Assembly: GCA_009103225.1 (NCBI GenBank)
Contig: RHPI01003369.1
Location: 783,822 to 847,821 of the forward strand
Direction: 5' to 3'
Source: Chlorokybus atmophyticus
Lineage: Eukaryota > Plantae > Mesostigma and Chlorokybus algae
Length of the DNA: 64,000 bases
The notes below the pieces were generated by a model. It was not told where the DNA came from and did no database searches. It worked only from the letters and a program-made list of their open reading frames with translations. Of this stretch, positions 38,112 through 51,514 are shown one piece after another. The position numbers and the translations under genes are program-made. Each line of letters starts with the position of its first letter. Position 1 is the stretch's first letter.

Positions 38112-41100
38112 GGTTGGACCGAAGAGCAGCTCAAGGCACTGCGCAGTCAAGGCACAGACAGACAGTTCACAACCTGTACTTCCTGACCTGCCACATGCAC
38201 ACGCATCATGCTGCACCAGCACAGTTGATTTGCGAGCTGGCGTGCCAGTTCTCACCAGGCTAGCGTCGTGCTTCTCCACCACAAGCACTTACTGCCGTGC
38301 GTGCAGCCCCGCTCCCGCCACCGCCGCCGCCGCTCACAAGTACGCTGAAGTCTTTGACTCTACTCACCCTTGCACACTGCAGTGCCAGGGCCAAAACTCA
38401 ATAAATGGATGGTCGTTCACCTCCACGGGCATTGGTCGCGCAGGCCGTCCTCGACGCAACCGGCATCTGACGCGGACATTGGCGCCACGCCAATTGTCCC
38501 TGACGCCGCCGGCACGACGGCCTAGCTGATCTGACAAAATGCACGTGGTGTACTTTCTTGGGCTTCAAGCCTAATAATTACACGACATAAAGGAAACGGC
38601 TTTCAAAGTCAGCTATCGACGGCCCCGGAATTGGACTGCGATGGACCGCGACGATGACTCACAACAAAGGGCCGCCGGCGCATCATTTTCTTTGCTGTGC
38701 GCGGATGCTGCAAGCGACAAAAAACCTTTGCGAGTGCGAGCAGCTGCGTAAATCCGAGGCCTACACGTTAACGCGCCATCGTGTACCGTCATACTGGCTG
38801 ACAGGCCTGTCAGCCAGTATCTTTGCTGTACAGCGGCACAATCTACACGTGCGCGGCAGTCTTGACTGTTCGGCGGAAACTGACGAGATTGTGGGATTGC
38901 GATTGTTTGTGAAAGATCCCGTAGCCTACGGGCTGCGGTGGCCGGCGACGGCGGAGGGCCGCCATGTATCGATGATTCCGCCCCTTGAACACTACAGTTT
39001 AAAGGAGTCGTTTACGATAATGAAAGACACATGACATGTCGCAAGCAGCTTTGAGACATAGGAATGAAAAGCGCGTATTGCTTCAACAAGCTTTGCATGG
39101 ATTCGTATTTAAAAAAAATAGTGTTCAGCCGTTAGCTGCATATCCCTTTCCAATATGTGTATTGTGCTCACATCGTATATAAACCTTTCGCAACACACGT
39201 CTAAAAGCTTGCGACGGAGATGCAAGCACTGCTTGATGATAGTTGTGACGGTTGTATGGGCATTGGTAAGTGTGCAATCACTACACTACAGCCGCAAACA
39301 AAAACAAACAACAACACGACAGACGCAGCCTGTGATGCTTGTTACAAAGTGACTTTGTAACATACATAGTGAGGAACATTTATGAGATATGTGACTCCTT
39401 GTATTGTCACGACATTTAATAGTATACCATAGTACTTAAAGTGTCATGTGCACTTATAAGTGCAAGTTTATAAGTGCAAGTATACATGATACATCGTGTA
39501 TACGTTGCATACAGGATTATATTTGCAACATATACTCCAAAGCATTAGCATATCATATGATTGGAATATTACGTCTGCATTCTCATGCTACCAGCAATTC
39601 AAGGTCATTCACGCGAAGGAATCTACGCATTATGCCATGCAAGAAAGGTTCAATTCCAAGATGTGTCTTGCAATAAGGATAAGAACATGTTTTTGGATGA
39701 TCCACTGGCGCTGAGCGCGCAAATGCGTGGACCTAGTAGGGCTGGCTTCGTAGCGGAGTAAAGGTAACTGCAGCCATGTGGTGAAAGTGCAAAGTCCGTG
39801 GTGAAGCTAAGGGAAAACAAGTAGGGTGGTCCATTAGACTGCTTAATGCTGTTACACTTAGTTAACAGTCTCATAAACAAGGATGCTTAGAGAGATGCAC
39901 ACACATGCCTTCGTGTGGTTGTTCTATAGGCTAAGTAAAATGAGATTACGCACTACAAGCACCGAGTCCACAACGTGAAAGTGAATGCCAAATCAGTTGC
40001 ATGCAATGGTGAATGACAAAGCAGGGCACCATGTTGGTATGAAGGTGATGCAGGTCGCAGGCATCGGACGCAGTGACCACATCCGTGTGAGCAACACAAG
40101 CATGCCGTACGCAAGCCGGAACGCGACATAGCAAGGAAAAAACAACAATAAAGCTTACACAACACAGGGGTTACATAGTCAACACACACGGGTAGCTATG
40201 GTTGTCAGCTGTCGCACTCAGTTGTCGCACAGACACATAGGTCGTTTCAGCCTGATGATTGCTGGCAGTCTTAGGATGTGTTATCGCCGCTTTTGCGTTA
40301 GTCCGCCCACTTGCAATTCACTGCCGACATCGGCGGTCGACCGCCGCCTTAGTATTTGCTTAAACCTAAGCTTTAGTATGTCGTTGACGTAGTCCGCAGC
40401 CAGCGACTCCTTTCCTGACGGGTCGATGTCACCGCTGGCGGTCAACGGGCGATGTTACCGCTGGCAGTTAGCGGGTTTTTGAGATAGTACCATCAATGGA
40501 GCCGGCTCGGCCGATTTAAATCGGATCTATTGGACCCAACGGGGCGCATAGAGGGTGCAAGGGAGAAATGCGCCGATCGAGATCGTGAGAGTTGGTATTG
40601 CGACAATGGTCCTATATTGAACTCTCGGGGGTGGGAAAAAGATGGCATTAAGCATGCATTATGGCAAAAAAGGCAATAATTATGCGAGGAAGAGGGCAAG
40701 ATTCATTTTACTTGGACCGGCACAACATGAATGAACATTGCGAGTTTTCACACTTTTTCCTCGTTTCTCGCTGCATACGATTGTACCACAAAGTGTGCCT
40801 GATATTGGATAAAAGTCAAGCAAACTTTTTAACTATTTAACTTTCTTAAAAACACTCATATTCAATTTTAGTTTAGGATTCAACAAAAAATTGAATCAAA
40901 ATGAATGCATGACTTGCTTGCTTGCATGCAATTGCGCGATGCGATTTGGTTAAGTTGGGCTCTTACATCATGTATGTCATGGGCTATGATTGATCTTTGT
41001 TGACCAGATGTCATGAACATCGGAAAGAGAACTCAGGGTTATTCATAATTGAGAAGCGCAGAAACATGCGAAGATTCTTTTGCAAAAATTATCTACTCTT

Positions 41101-41300
41101 GTATGCAATGCATGAAGGAGCAAAGGAGTGAAGAGTTTGAAAACATAACCTATTTATCGGTTTACAGTGCACTGATGTTTATAGTGCACATGCAAATAAA
41201 ATGACACAGCCATGCATTGTAATTTTGCCCCCCTTTAAAACTCAAGGGGGGGCACTTGGCAGACTGTCAGGCCGTTGCGACACGTGCTTTCTGTTGTACT

Positions 41301-41585
41301 TGCCTAGCAATGCTCAGGCAGCACAAGCAAGGTTGGGATGCCATTCTTGCTTGTGCACGCATGCATACAAGGCACAGCAACAATGCATGTTGCTCAACAT
41401 TTGTGGGTTTCAAACTGCAACAGTACTAGTAGGTTCATCGTTGCTAAAAATAGACGAACCAGTACTTGTGCAAGAGTTGACTAGCCAGGAAGGCCAAGGC
41501 TTGCCAAGCATGGGGTGCTGTGGCAAATAGTGGCAAGCTTGTCATCACTCACCACAAGCATGTACAATGAGAACATGAGATTCTA
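41301..41585 (+). repeat. ~285-bp dispersed repeat, inverted copy at ~60462-60750
   Basis: CTTGCTTGTGCACGCATGCATACAAGGCACAGCA.CAATGCATGT...GGCAAGCTTGTCATCACT is nearly identical to the reverse complement of 60462-60750. Confidence 0.85.
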
Positions 41586-41724
41586 CGTTCCCATACCAAA
41601 TTGTTTGAAGATCATGGTTATAGAGGTTTCTTATATAGTAATTCAGCAAGCCAAGCACTTGATGCGACAACAGAAGGGGTATATGTACACAATGGGTTGT
41701 ACAATCGCCGACACTGCCAGCCGT

Positions 41725-42630
41725 CTACACCTCCCCCGCAAGCTGGCGTACGACCTCTGCAACACTGCGAACGGCTTGAGTGACAGCATCCAGCCGCTGA
41801 GCCATATGCTGCTGCCCCTCCTCAAGGACATCCACCCTCTGCACAACGCTTGATGTGTTGGTGGCAATCTGCTCCAGGGCACCGAGCATCCGCACAGTCC
41901 AGTCCTCCTGCTGCTGCGCGGGCTGCTCACTCGCCTGCTGCTCCATGTCTACGCGAGCTTGCGAGCTCCCATTTGCCGGCTGCGCATGCGCGGGCTGCAC
42001 AGGTGCCTGTTGCGGCTGTGGTGGTGCACGCGCCTGTGCACGTGGTTGCGGGTGGGGTGGTTGCGGTTGAGCTGCTGCTCTGCGGCGAGAGCCAGCTATC
42101 GCCACCCGCAAGTCTTACACTCCGTTGAGCAGCCAGCGGCTGTTGGATGGACGGCGGTTGTACATGCCGCTGGGTTTGGGTTGCGCCAGGCATGTTGTGC
42201 CAAGGAGGCCATTAAAAGAGCGAAAGCTTTGAGCTTGACGGCAGTGCCGGCAGCGCAGCACACGCACGAGCCGGCCAGTCTTCGCACGCCGCAGCACGCA
42301 CTCGTATTGGCCCCGGCAACCGCTGGCCGGGCGCAGACCACGCCCGCGAGGTGCGTTGCAGCGGATTGGCGGGTTGCTTGTGAGGATGTCTCTCACACGC
42401 AGGTGGTGCAGGACGTGGCTCAACTGGACAGAGTGCGTGCAAGATGTAAGATGTGAGAATGAGCTGCAACAAAGAAAGGACACAATGAACTGTTGTAAAC
42501 CAGCGCAAGCATTGCATGTGTGCAAGGGGAAACAGTAATTGTGAAGCAAGACGCAAGCACACCTGCAGCCGCTGCAACTGGTTGTTGGCGTTAGGTATTA
42601 TTGAGCCTGTGAGCTGCAGCTGAAAGACAA
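41725..42630 (-). pseudogene. Family A copy A2 with in-frame premature TAA (42115-42117)
   Basis: Exon 41725-42423 is 233 codons in one frame (LSHVLHHLRVRD...CRGQY...LRCRHC...TTCL...WLLNGV*DLRV...), interrupted by a single TAA between the domain and the PQ/coiled-coil tail. The first exon differs from other A copies. Confidence 0.7.
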
Positions 42631-43700
42631 GCGATTGGTGAAGGTAAGCAGCAACCAAAGATGTGACGCAATTGAACGCCAGCAACCAAACAGGAACTTC
42701 CTGCTTGAAGCAATGCACGACCTTTAACAGCAGTGCTACGCTACAGCACAGCTTCAAGGCAGAGTGACAGTGACTGGGGTTGCAACTTGCCTGCCCGCTG
42801 GTTAGGTTGCACCTGCGCCAGCTGCCACCACACGAACACGCAAGCGCCCTCCCGCTCTTTCTCGTGAGGAGATGGCTCCTCACGTGCCGCCCTCCGCCGC
42901 CGCCTATGCACTCTAGCTACCTTACCGCTACGCACCATACACGGTGTGTGCACATGGAGATGTGCATGGCACAGCGACCAGGGAAAAAAGGGACTGAGCT
43001 GCGCCGACGGCGTTCTTGAAGACTTGACGTATTCACGCAGCCCGGAAATGTGATGCGCCGTACTGATAAGCGCCAGCGAAGCAGCATCCCAAGCACGTGG
43101 GTGTACGTCCGCAGGCGCATCCTTCGCGGCCGCTAGTGCTTGCGTAATCACCCCTTGTATTTTGACGCGACGTTAGGGCTACGTAAGATACGGCAACGTC
43201 GCGCCAACCCGCTGCGCAAAACACAACGGCGGCGGCGGCGGAGGAGGACGAGGCGGCCAACGGAGAGGGTTTGCGCTTTTCTTGCAGTTGATGACATCAA
43301 TGAGAGAGGGGCTTGGCCAGTCGTTACGCCTGCTCCCCACTGCGCTTGCGCGTATAATATGGTCGACGCTGCTACCGGTGCAAGGTAAGCGGTCGAGCAA
43401 CCTCCCTATTGCTATCATGAGACTCTGCGCTCTGCTTACTTGCGTCGTTGCGAAATAAGAGCTTGTGCCTGTCAACACAAACCTGCTAGCTCACATGATT
43501 GCCAACACACGCACACACACACGCTCGCACGCACAGAGTTGGTCATCGTGTCCTGTCTGTTATGCATGACAAAATTCACAGCGTACCCACAGCTTACATT
43601 TTGCAGTCGCTGACCAATATGCACAGCATGAAATGTGACAGCGACCAATACTCTCCACCTGTGTTCAGCTTCTGCTTTCTCAGGTTTGGCGTGTGGAAGC

Positions 43701-45975
43701 ATGCCGGCAGGGGTTGGAGGCGAAAGGAGAGTGTTTTACGTGACCGACGACGTGCTTCACGATTGTTACAAGTACTACATTGTTACCTATGTTCTCTCGC
43801 CAAGTGGGCCAAAGTACCAGCTGGTCCCAGAGCTGAAGGCCATATGTGCATAGTTACAAGCACGTGCCTCTACCTGACGTCAAACGCTGCCGATCAATTT
43901 CCTCAGTATGTTGAAGTACTTTGGCAAGGTGAGATCTCTCCAGGTTTCTGGGGCAATACCACCTTCTTGTTGCTGTTGCTGTTGCTGATTGTTGTTGTTG
44001 ATGCTACTGCTGCTGCCGTTGTCGTTGTTGTTGTTGTTTTCGACGTCACTATTGTGCGGTAAGTACGGCAATGATGTTGTTGTCGTTGTTGCCTGCTAGC
44101 TGCAGCTGATCACACACGCAACGGTGCAGGCACCACCTGATCTGAGACGCAAGACAAGTACCTCGCGGTTCTCTGCGCTTGGAATGAGCAGCACGCGGTT
44201 TACCCAGAGGACTTGGCCCGCTTGGTAAACCCATCCGCTGAGGTAGAGGCCTTTGCATACACATACTATGCCAGCAAGGCACGCTCAACCATGTAAACAA
44301 CCGTGTGAATGCACTGAACAGTGGCTGTGGGCAAGAGAGCCAACATCATGATGGGCCATCAGCCTTGGGCATTGGGGCAGATGTATGTTAGGCACCATTG
44401 TGTATACAAATGCTTGCATCGTGGGCATGACTTGTATATGTGTTGGTTGCAGCACATTTCTAGCATTGGTGACGATGTTGCACGAAGTCAAGCAACAGCA
44501 GACCTGCCTGGCACATCAGAGTGCACCAACACTGAAGGTAACACGCGCTTACGCGCGTGGATGCGAGTTCGTGCTTTGGTTTGTTTGCAAGTCTTCCACT
44601 AATGCTTGGCTGTTGCAGGAACATATTGGACAAGAAGTTGAAAGGCTTTCGGGCGAATTGCTGCAGCTGCTGGCTTCTCAATCCGATGTAAAGAAAGAGC
44701 TGGAAGAGCTTTCTGCTTGCAATCAAGCAAAGCAGCAAGCACTTGAGGCGAGGAGGCGCCAGCTGCTGGAAGAGCAAGAGAAGCTGGAAAAGGACTATGC
44801 GGAACAGAACCTGCAGCTTGAGCAGAGAAGGCGGCCTTGCAGGGACGCAGACACCAAGTTGCTGCGCAGATCAGCGAGTATGAGTATGATACGATGGAAG
44901 CACAACCGCAGCAGGTACCATATCAGCTTGGCCATCAACCCTGTGGCTTTGCTGCTGTACAGCACGTATTGCTGCCAAGTCTGCTTCCCCCCAATGCTTA
45001 CTGTTTGAAGTCATTGTGGTCAGCAGTCGGGATGTTTCTTCTGCTCTTGCACAGCGCTTTGCTTGACACCCTGCGATAGTCAGACAGCAGCGCAGCTGGC
45101 GGTGGCGCTGAAGCATACCACGACAAAGCACGTTGGGATGCAGTGAGCATACACTCTGACTCAGAAGAAGATGTGCCGCTCAAACGCCGCAGACTGCGAA
45201 TAAGCGCGTGGACATTGTCAACTCGGACGATGACGTTGAACAATCACCTGCAGGCAACCAGAGAGCATCACCAGCAACATGCTCGGCAACTGCCTCACAG
45301 GGTGATAACACCCCGAGCGCAGAGTTGCACTCGCCTTTGCCGAGAAAGCCTCGAGTCACCGCCAGTAAAAAGGGTGAAATCTATGCGGCGAAGCGCTTTG
45401 CCGCATGCGTGCCGGACAATCGCTACAGCAGCGAGTTCTTCCGCAAGTTCGGGCTTGACAAGTTTACACTTCTGTCAAGGCGAGAGGAATGCGTGCAGAC
45501 CCTCGCGTGACAGGCACCGTGTACTGGCGCATGGATCTGTACTGGACTTACAACCCCTCTTCTCCCGGAGCAGATTGGTTCAAGGAGAGTGAGTATGCCG
45601 GCTCCGAGGCAAATTGGGAGGTCATGCTGATTCAGAAGGGCGTCCTACAGCTCAAAGACCTCCCTGAGGCAAGTCTGCCTACCTCGTAGCAGTAAACGGT
45701 TAAATTTTTTTGTTGTGTTCTGTCCATGTTGTTTATTGGTACTCGCTGTCGAACGACTGCCTCAGTCACTGACTGTTGTGCTTGGCCAACAACAGGCTGA
45801 GTACAAAGAGGAGTACTACTCGGTAGGCAAAAAGGCTGTGAAGCTGAACATCAAGGAGTTTCAGGAGGTTTGGAGCAAGTATGCCGAGGTGCTGGGAGTC
45901 TCCCCATTCAAGCCACGCGAAAAGAACAAGTACAAAGACGTTCCTCACGCCAATATTAGCCCGCCTCAATCTTGA
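43701..45975 (+). pseudogene. Family B copy B2, disabled
   Basis: The conserved Trp (AW) codon is TAG at 43851-43853, followed by a frameshift. Further frameshifts occur in the SDSEEDVPL exon (ORFs 45143, 45208 and 45489 each carry part of the domain). Confidence 0.8.
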
Positions 45976-46480
45976 GTACATTACGTGTGTTTGCGGATCA
46001 GCGGCACTCAAGCGCATGTCATGGCACTGAAGGTAGCTGTGCCCTGGTGAAGCAGCCGGGTGAGCTAGGTGAGTCATCTGCGTTGTATGTGTGCTGCAAT
46101 GCGAGTTGTTACAGACATGAGCAAGCAAGTACTTTCTCTCCAGCACACTTCTACCAAGCTCAACAAGCTGCTTGCTGCGGCCTTAAGGAAAGCACTGGTG
46201 TTGCAACAGATGTTGCCACACCTCGCTGGAAACGGGCACTAAGTTGCATTTTCTTACAGGGATGCTGTGTGGCCTGAAGATGGGACGAGCACAGAGCTCA
46301 ACGCTTGCTCGGTGCTATTTGGAGTTCTGAAGGCAGCGGGTTGCTCACGCAGGCCGTGGAAGAGTAAGTGATGCGTTGATACATACAATGTAGTGTGACT
46401 GTGCACGGGTGTATTTGCGGGCACACGCGTGCGTGAGCAGGCACATATGCACGCGCATGCATGCCCCCCCCCACCCCCCC

Positions 46481-47200
46481 NNNNNNNNNNNNNNNNNNNN
46501 NNNNNNNNNNNNNNNNNNNNNNNNNNNNNNNNNNNNNNNNNNNNNNNNNNNNNNNNNNNNNNNNNNNNNNNNNNNNNNNNNNNNNNNNNNNNNNNNNNNN
46601 NNNNNNNNNNNNNNNNNNNNNNNNNNNNNNNNNNNNNNNNNNNNNNNNNNNNNNNNNNNNNNNNNNNNNNNNNNNNNNNNNNNNNNNNNNNNNNNNNNNN
46701 NNNNNNNNNNNNNNNNNNNNNNNNNNNNNNNNNNNNNNNNNNNNNNNNNNNNNNNNNNNNNNNNNNNNNNNNNNNNNNNNNNNNNNNNNNNNNNNNNNNN
46801 NNNNNNNNNNNNNNNNNNNNNNNNNNNNNNNNNNNNNNNNNNNNNNNNNNNNNNNNNNNNNNNNNNNNNNNNNNNNNNNNNNNNNNNNNNNNNNNNNNNN
46901 NNNNNNNNNNNNNNNNNNNNNNNNNNNNNNNNNNNNNNNNNNNNNNNNNNNNNNNNNNNNNNNNNNNNNNNNNNNNNNNNNNNNNNNNNNNNNNNNNNNN
47001 NNNNNNNNNNNNNNNNNNNNNNNNNNNNNNNNNNNNNNNNNNNNNNNNNNNNNNNNNNNNNNNNNNNNNNNNNNNNNNNNNNNNNNNNNNNNNNNNNNNN
47101 NNNNNNNNNNNNNNNNNNNNNNNNNNNNNNNNNNNNNNNNNNNNNNNNNNNNNNNNNNNNNNNNNNNNNNNNNNNNNNNNNNNNNNNNNNNNNNNNNNNC
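46481..47200. other. Assembly gap (720 N) flanked by C-rich runs
   Basis: Seen directly. Confidence 0.98.
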
Positions 47201-47929
47201 ACCCCACCCACACACACCCACCTTCCATTGTGGCACAAGTTGTCATCTCTAACTTGAGGTGTATTTGTGGCACAGTGTTCGAGGAGGGTGGCGCCATGTA
47301 GGCCACACACTACTTTGCGGGCGAGGTGGACGACATTGACAGCGACATCCGTGTTATGACACATTGATGGCGATATCTCCATGCCCAGCTGACAGCTGCA
47401 GTTGGGCACTTTTCATCCAGGCACAGACAGCCACATCACATGGCTTCGTAACCTGTAAGCGCATTTGTTGCGCTGATCTGGCTGATCAGCTGCCAGTGAC
47501 TGCTACGATGCTTACTGATGTGAGTAGACTCTCTTCAGGTGGGAGCACCCGGATGGATGCAACAATGCTGTACTTAGCACAACATTGTGAAGCGTTTACT
47601 TCTTCGGGCGCTCTGAGGAAAGGAGTTAGATTGGGGGAATGCACTACAGGGAGGACAGAGTACTGACGCTTGTTCCTTCCCCTGTAAACAGTTGATGAGA
47701 CGAACACGCCTCCGTAGGTGTGTTGCGTATGGTCCGGAGAATCTGTTGAACTTGCTGCTGTGTGAAGTACCTTACAGTAAGACTAGCTGCAATGTGCTGT
47801 TCTTTGACAACACAATCAGCACTTGATAGTTAATGACTAGTAAAGGTTCACACCAACAGCACAGTAGACTGTCAGTGCAGGTGTAGGTCGCATCACTCTT
47901 GACTGCATCAAGCAGGCATACAACTCACT

Positions 47930-48750
47930 AGCAATTATGTACATGGGTGCGGCGGCATACAGCTGTTGTCATGCGGGGCGCGGCATGAGCAGTATGCCGC
48001 CCAACGGGCGAGATCTGCTACCCGGCTGGCGGCAAACCTGCAGCTTGCATGCTCGGCGAGCAAGTTTCAGTCCTGTGCGCATGGCGGTGGCTTGAGGCGC
48101 AGCACCCGTGGCACGACGGGCAAGTCATGTGCCTGTGCGCACGACGTAGAGCAGAGGTGGCTGGAGGGCTTTGTACCACAGTGCCGGTAGTTTTATTACA
48201 TGTCTAATTGGGCAACATCGTCACACCAAGCCACGTACTGTCAGCCCTGCCTATCACTGCACAAGCATACTCACACGCATGCCAGCGGCATGCAAGCACG
48301 CCTACACGACTACACTGCCGCAGCCGCCAGCACAGCGTCCGCTTCCGCCGTTGGCGCCGCCGTCTGGACCAGACCCCAGCCTGGTACTGCCGTTACGACT
48401 GCCGCCCCCCGCTCCAGGATGGTGATGCCCTGGGCACGCTGCAGCGCGCATGACACGCGCTGCCGGTAGTGCGCTGCAGCCGCCAGGCTACTCGCTGCCG
48501 CAAGCGCTGGCGGTCATGGAGCGAGCGGTGGGGCTGGCGGCAGTGCCAGCCAGGCTGGGCACCCGTTTGCGCCGCGCTGACAGCGGCCAGCCCCCGAAAG
48601 CGCTGAGCCGGACGCTGCACTAGCAGCGGTGTGAGTGCCAGGAGCACTTGAAGCAGCCGGCGATGTCAGGCTGAGCGCTAGCGAGGACGAGGACAAGGAC
48701 GTGGACGCGGGAGCGGTGGTAACGGTGGCGATGGCGTGTGTGCAGTTGTA
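47930..48750 (-). other. Conserved block C, copy 3
   Basis: Homologous to 29820-30460 at both ends (GGCGGCATACAGCTGTTGTCATGCGG; AAGCGCTGAGCCGGAC.CTGC.CTAGCAGCGG.GTGAGTGCC). Confidence 0.5.
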
Positions 48751-49106
48751 TTGTGTGGTCAGCAACATGTGCACGGTGTGCGAGATGAGTGTGTGACAAA
48801 CGTTACAACCGTTGTGTGACTGCCAGTACTGAGCAACTGGCGCTGTGCTGACACTTGTGTACGATTGTATATACAGTGTGAGCTGCCAGGCACAAGAAAA
48901 AAATGGGTGCGTACACCCAGCCCAAGCTGTAATATAGGTAACAACACAATGGCTGCTGACACTACTTGGGATATTACAGTGTCTATGACTGTTTAACCAG
49001 GGACACAATATGAAGTATAGAAGTAAGTTACTCTGTACAGAGGTGCATGCAGTCCGCAAACGCCGAAACAACGCTTGCCAGCAGCTGTACCGGGGAGAGG
49101 GGCGGG

Positions 49107-49278
49107 NNNNNNNNNNNNNNNNNNNNNNNNNNNNNNNNNNNNNNNNNNNNNNNNNNNNNNNNNNNNNNNNNNNNNNNNNNNNNNNNNNNNNNNNNNNNNN
49201 NNNNNNNNNNNNNNNNNNNNNNNNNNNNNNNNNNNNNNNNNNNNNNNNNNNNNNNNNNNNNNNNNNNNNNNNNNNNNN
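49107..49278. other. Assembly gap (172 N) flanked by G-rich runs
   Basis: Seen directly. Confidence 0.98.
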
Positions 49279-49490
49279 AGGGGGTAAGTCGCCTGATCTG
49301 CAACCCGTGCAGGATGGCTTGCAGGGGGAAGAACACCGTGGAAGCTAGGACTCAAGTATGGAGTATGTACAGCCTATTGATCTGGTTGCTGCAACCAGAG
49401 CACAGTGAACACGCTGGCAGTAAGCAACAGCACGGACATGAAGCTCAGCAGGCATGTCGTCCATACCTGATGCAGTCAAGCGGAGCGCAG

Positions 49491-50332
49491 TCATATCATG
49501 CCGCCATGCAGTAACACCTCGCGAATCACTGCGTTTAGCTTGCGCTGATCAGCCTCCACTGCACTTGTCCTGCGTTGGAAGTCCTCGACCAGCTTGCTGA
49601 TCATGTCCTCCACTGCACACACGCGCGTCTGTAACGCGTCCTGCTCTGCTCGCAATCCGGGCAGGCCAGCCGTGTTGGTGGCAATCTTCTGCAGCAACTC
49701 AGCCATGCGGTCCTGCTCCTGCTCCTGCTGCGGCTGTGGCTGCGGCTGCTGCGGTGGCTGCGGCTGCGGTGCCTGCTCGGGCTCTGGTTCAACCTCAGGC
49801 TCAACCTCGGGCTCTACCTCTGGCTCTGGTGTTGGATGTCGTGGCTCTGGTGCCTGGGCTGCCCCGTAACCCCTGAGAGCCAGCACAGCGTGCATGTCCC
49901 TGCCATTGAGGAGCCAGTGGCTTCTGCGTGGGCGGTGGATGTAGCCGCCGCGGCGCCTTGGATGTGCCACGCAGGTGGCCTCTACAACTTGGTCGAAAGT
50001 CTGATACAGAGGGGAGCCTTCGCAGTGACGGCAGCGCACCGTAACCATCCGGCGCTGCTTGCTGACTTCAACTTCGCAGACGTACTGGCCACGGCAGTCT
50101 CTCACTGGTCGGTCCCTTACCATGCAGCGCAAAGGCACGCTGTTGGTGAAGACGTCGCCGTTGCGTAGGAAGGGTTTGATGCTACGCATCTGCCAGAGTT
50201 GTACAGAGGCTGAGTTGGGATGTGACAAGGTGCCCAACCTTTGAGATGATGATGGTGCACACAGCATGATGATGCAGAAGGGGACTAGTGAAGAACGCGT
50301 ACCTGGTTTCGGTTGTGGTTGAGGCGAGGCAT
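49491..50332 (-). CDS. Family A gene copy A3 (exons 50303-50332, 49491-50189), intact
   Basis: MPRLNHNRNQ|MRSIKPFLRNGDVFTNSVPLRC...CRGQY...VRCRHC...YQTF...TCV...HWLLNGRDMHAVLA + PEVE/PQ linker + coiled coil ending HGGMI*. Confidence 0.78.
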
Positions 50333-51514
50333 CTTTGCGAACGCGAAGAGCAACCTAAGGCACTGCACAGGTAAGGCATGAGTATGAATTCACAACCTCT
50401 GCTCCCTGACCTGTCTCATGCACAAGCACCATGCTGCACTAGTAAACTTGGCATGCAAGCTGCCGTGCCAAGACTCACCAGGCGATAGCGTTACACGACC
50501 TTCACCACCGTGCGAAACACCGCGCTCCCGCCGCCGCCGCCGCCCACAAGTATGCCGCCGACTACGACTGCTCACCCCTACAGATTACAAGGTGCAGTGC
50601 GTGCCAGGGCCGAAGCTCAACCCCACCAGTGATGGCGTTTCTGTGGACGACGGCTGCGCAGCCGGCGGCTTTGTCTCTAGTGCCTGTCCTGTCAAAGGAA
50701 CGGGTGAACTGATGTGACGTAAAGGGCAACTTGCAGCCGGCGTCTTTGGTCGCTACTGCCTGTTGCGTCAACGTAGACGGGAAGAACTTCAGCTAGCTGA
50801 TGTGACATAGTCGCACACGTGCTCGGCGTGGCGTACACTTTCTTGGGCTCAAGCGTACAAACTATGCACGGAAACGGTTTGCTGCGGAACATCGTACGCC
50901 AGGGCTGATCCAGAATTGCACCAGACACCGGGAATGCGAGCGCGGGAGGCAATGCGCACTGCGCGGCTGGGGCAGGTGCTAGGGAAGGGCATCATGTGCC
51001 GCCAGCGCGATTGTGTCGACATCAGGATCTTTGCTGTACGACACGATTCCGCACGCGGCAGCCTTGGAGCCCGGCGCTAGCAAACCCGTTGCCTCAGGCT
51101 GCGGTAGCCGGCGACTGCGGGGGTGCCACCCTTAGTGAAACAAGGTAGGCCTGATAGACTATAGTAATAGCACCCAACTTCACATGATTCACAAAGAGCT
51201 ACATTGCATGTTTGAGCAGCAACCGCGACATTTTGCTCGTTGCTGACGATGATGTTATTAAATATGCATTGCCACACAAATACCGCTCCAATTATATTAA
51301 TACCATGCTCTCACTTGGCCACATCATGCTACACCCCTTGCTGTAGGCATTTTATTTGTTATAGACTAGGTTGTTATGCGCACGCTGCAATCACAATTGC
51401 GGCTAAACCTATACACCAACATTTAATCATCGGGTCCCACATCTGAAGGAAAGTTGTGTGGATGCCAGCTACATGGTGGTTAATACAACATATGACAATT
51501 AATGCATGCGCATG

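Noticed and set aside
38654-39034. 126-aa ORF as a B-replacement gene
   Set aside because: No splice or homology support and no recognisable motif; the length is expected by chance at this GC content.
41226-41258. Helitron 3' terminus (GC-rich hairpin)
   Set aside because: The hairpin is present but there is no CTRR at the expected distance on either strand and no 5' TC end was identified.
46254-47409. Several 260-350 aa ORFs
   Set aside because: They run through 720 Ns; the same applies to the ORFs over 49107-49278 and the poly-G ORFs at 19160-19709.
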